Positions 59,138 through 60,925 of a stretch of 60,925 nucleotides of DNA are shown here, piece by piece. The notes beneath the pieces are model-generated. The model was not told where the DNA came from. It saw only the letters and a list, made by a program, of their open reading frames with translations, and did not search any database. A program made the translations under genes and the position numbers. Within the stretch, counting starts at the first letter, position 1; every line of letters begins with the position of its first letter. This DNA comes from Patescibacteria group bacterium (lineage in GTDB: Bacteria; Patescibacteriota; Microgenomatia; UBA12405), in assembly GCA_018902845.1 (NCBI GenBank), contig JAHIPV010000012.1, positions 1 to 60,925 of the forward strand, written 5' to 3'.

Positions 59138-60125
59138 AAAAAATGTGGGATTACATATATTAGAACTCGAGTTGACAAATAAATGCAATTTAAATTGCAA
59201 GCACTGTTATGTTGACAAAAAACATACAAGTGAACTACCTTGCGAAACAGTCAAAGACATAATAAGTCAGGCAAAAGAACTTGATGTCTATAGATTGGTA
59301 TTTACTGGTGGCGAGCCGCTTATCTATTCAAAAATATTTAATGTAGCGACATATGCAAAAAAACTTGGGATAAAAAATCTATTTTTATTAACTAATGGTA
59401 TTCTCGTTAATAAAAAAAATATTAACAAGCTAAAAATATTTGATGGAATCCAATTAAGTTTAGATAATATACCTAACCAAAAATCATCATTAAGAAAAGA
59501 TTATTCAAATGTTCTTGAAAATGCTGTTTCATTACTCCAACAAAATAATATCAATATTAACTTTTACTGCACTTTATGTAAAAGTAACACTGATAAGATA
59601 GATCAAATAATAAAATACGCAAACAATTTAAATGTAAGAATTGGTTTCAATACCCTCATACCATTATATCCAAGTTTAGAAAATCAAACCCTATCTCCTC
59701 AAGAAACGAAAGAATCTTTGACAAAAATAATTAATTATATAAATAAAGGCTTTAACGTCAATTTATCTCACCATCTTAGATTTTTAGTAGACAAACAAAA
59801 GAAAGCAGATTATGAATCATTAATTAAGGAAAATCCGAATAAAATCCATGGTGGTTGTCTTGCGGGTATTGCTGCTTTATACATTTCTAGCGATGGCTCT
59901 GTACTGGCATGTCCATTTATAAAATATCCCTGTGATAATATTTTTAAAAATAATTTATACAATATTTGGGAAAACAACGAAATATTAAATGTATTAAGGA
60001 ATCGAAAAAATTTTGAAGGAAAATGTGGAAAATGTAAATACGTTAATGTTTGTGGCGGTTGTAGAGCACATAGTCTTCTAAAATATGGCAAAATAAACTC
60101 ATCAGAATTTGGATGTTTCCTTTAA
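59130..60125 (+). CDS. Radical SAM/SPASM domain enzyme 2
   Basis: ATG at 59130 overlaps the enzyme 1 stop; CNLNCKHC, TGGEP; SPASM CLAG..ACP..CGKC..CGGC..GC. Confidence 0.93.
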   Translation: MSKKNVGLHILELELTNKCNLNCKHCYVDKKHTSELPCETVKDIISQAKELDVYRLVFTGGEPLIYSKIFNVATYAKKLGIKNLFLLTNGILVNKKNINKLKIFDGIQLSLDNIPNQKSSLRKDYSNVLENAVSLLQQNNININFYCTLCKSNTDKIDQIIKYANNLNVRIGFNTLIPLYPSLENQTLSPQETKESLTKIINYINKGFNVNLSHHLRFLVDKQKKADYESLIKENPNKIHGGCLAGIAALYISSDGSVLACPFIKYPCDNIFKNNLYNIWENNEILNVLRNRKNFEGKCGKCKYVNVCGGCRAHSLLKYGKINSSEFGCFL

Positions 60126-60732
60126 AAAACCAATGATCAAAATACGCCCGGCATTAACTAACGATGCTAAAAAAATAGCCTACATAAAAAACACAACTTG
60201 GAAGGACACATATAAAAATCTAATAGACTCTTTTTACCTAGACAATCTCGAGATATCGCAAGAAATAATCAATAAATGGAAAAACAGAATCCTGGATACA
60301 AAAAGTAATCAAACATATTTTTGGGTTGCTCTTAAATCCAATCAAGTTGTCGGTTTTTTGTGGGGAGGTGGAGCCAGAGATCCTAAGATTGAAAAACTAA
60401 AATACGAACTGTACGCTTTCTATGTTTTACCTAAATATCAACACCAAGGAATAGGTAAGAAGTTGTTCTCTACGTTTGCAAACAATATAAAAAAAGATTT
60501 TTTTCTTTGGATGCTAAAAGACAATATGTCCGAGCTAATATACGAAAAATTAAAATGTCAGAAAACCAATTACGAGAATTTAATAGATATAGGAAATAAA
60601 CAATATAAAGAAATTGCGTTTATATATAAACATAAAAATATAAACCAATTAGACCCAAACTGTGCTTTTTGCGATCCGTCCGTAATTGAAAAACAGGGGA
60701 TTTACAAAAACGGTTCTGTTGTTGTGACCTGA
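60109..60732 (+). pseudogene. GNAT acetyltransferase fused to the start of a HIT-like domain, truncated by IS insertion
   Basis: IRPA..YVLPKYQHQGIGKKL GNAT, then 'DPNCAFC' (HIT-like CxFC). The stop codon lies within the IS end CCTGAC. Confidence 0.65.
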
Positions 60733-60925
60733 CTTCCGCATTCTAGTGCCCCGGAATTTGTCGATAAATTGTTTTAGCTTCGTTGCTTAATTCTGAGTCA
60801 ATTATTGTTTTTAGTTTGCCAAAAACCACTTCACCTTGCCCAACTTTTCCCAGAATTTGGATGGCTTTGATTAATGAGATTTTGGTTGGTTCGAGCATTC
60901 TTTCCACCTCCTTCATCACTAAAAG
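60728..60925 (-). mobile_element. End of an IS1634-family-like insertion sequence (transposase 3' end 60743-60925)
   Basis: Terminus CCTGACTTCCGCA resembles IS1634/IS1549-type ends. The minus-strand frame LLVMKEVERMLEPTKISLIKAIQILGKV..PGH* resembles an IS1634 transposase C-terminus. Confidence 0.65.

Overview
AT-rich bacterial chromosome segment whose gene content and style suggest Patescibacteria/CPR (inference). 1-11.9 kb is core-like: two tRNA loci, a DivIC/FtsB-like gene, a Xer-like recombinase, a VirB4/VirD4-like ATPase, transporters, a PIN toxin-antitoxin pair, dnaG and rpoD. From the 3' end of tRNA-Asn (11974-11978) to about 56676 there is a tandem array of four integrative units, delimited by five in-frame GGAGC junctions. 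Three units carry large serine recombinases, and the att core lies inside the recombinase ORF, so each integrase's C-terminal tail comes from whatever DNA lies across the junction. The units carry regulators, replication-like genes and dense defence cargo: two type III R-M systems, Mrr, TIR, several HEPN-like proteins and a Panacea-type TA pair. Beyond the array (56.7-60.7 kb) is a candidate RiPP cluster: a 53-aa precursor, two radical SAM/SPASM enzymes, a divergent PP-loop ATP pyrophosphatase, and a GNAT-HIT fusion truncated by an IS1634-like element. All family calls come from motif recognition by eye; no searches were run.
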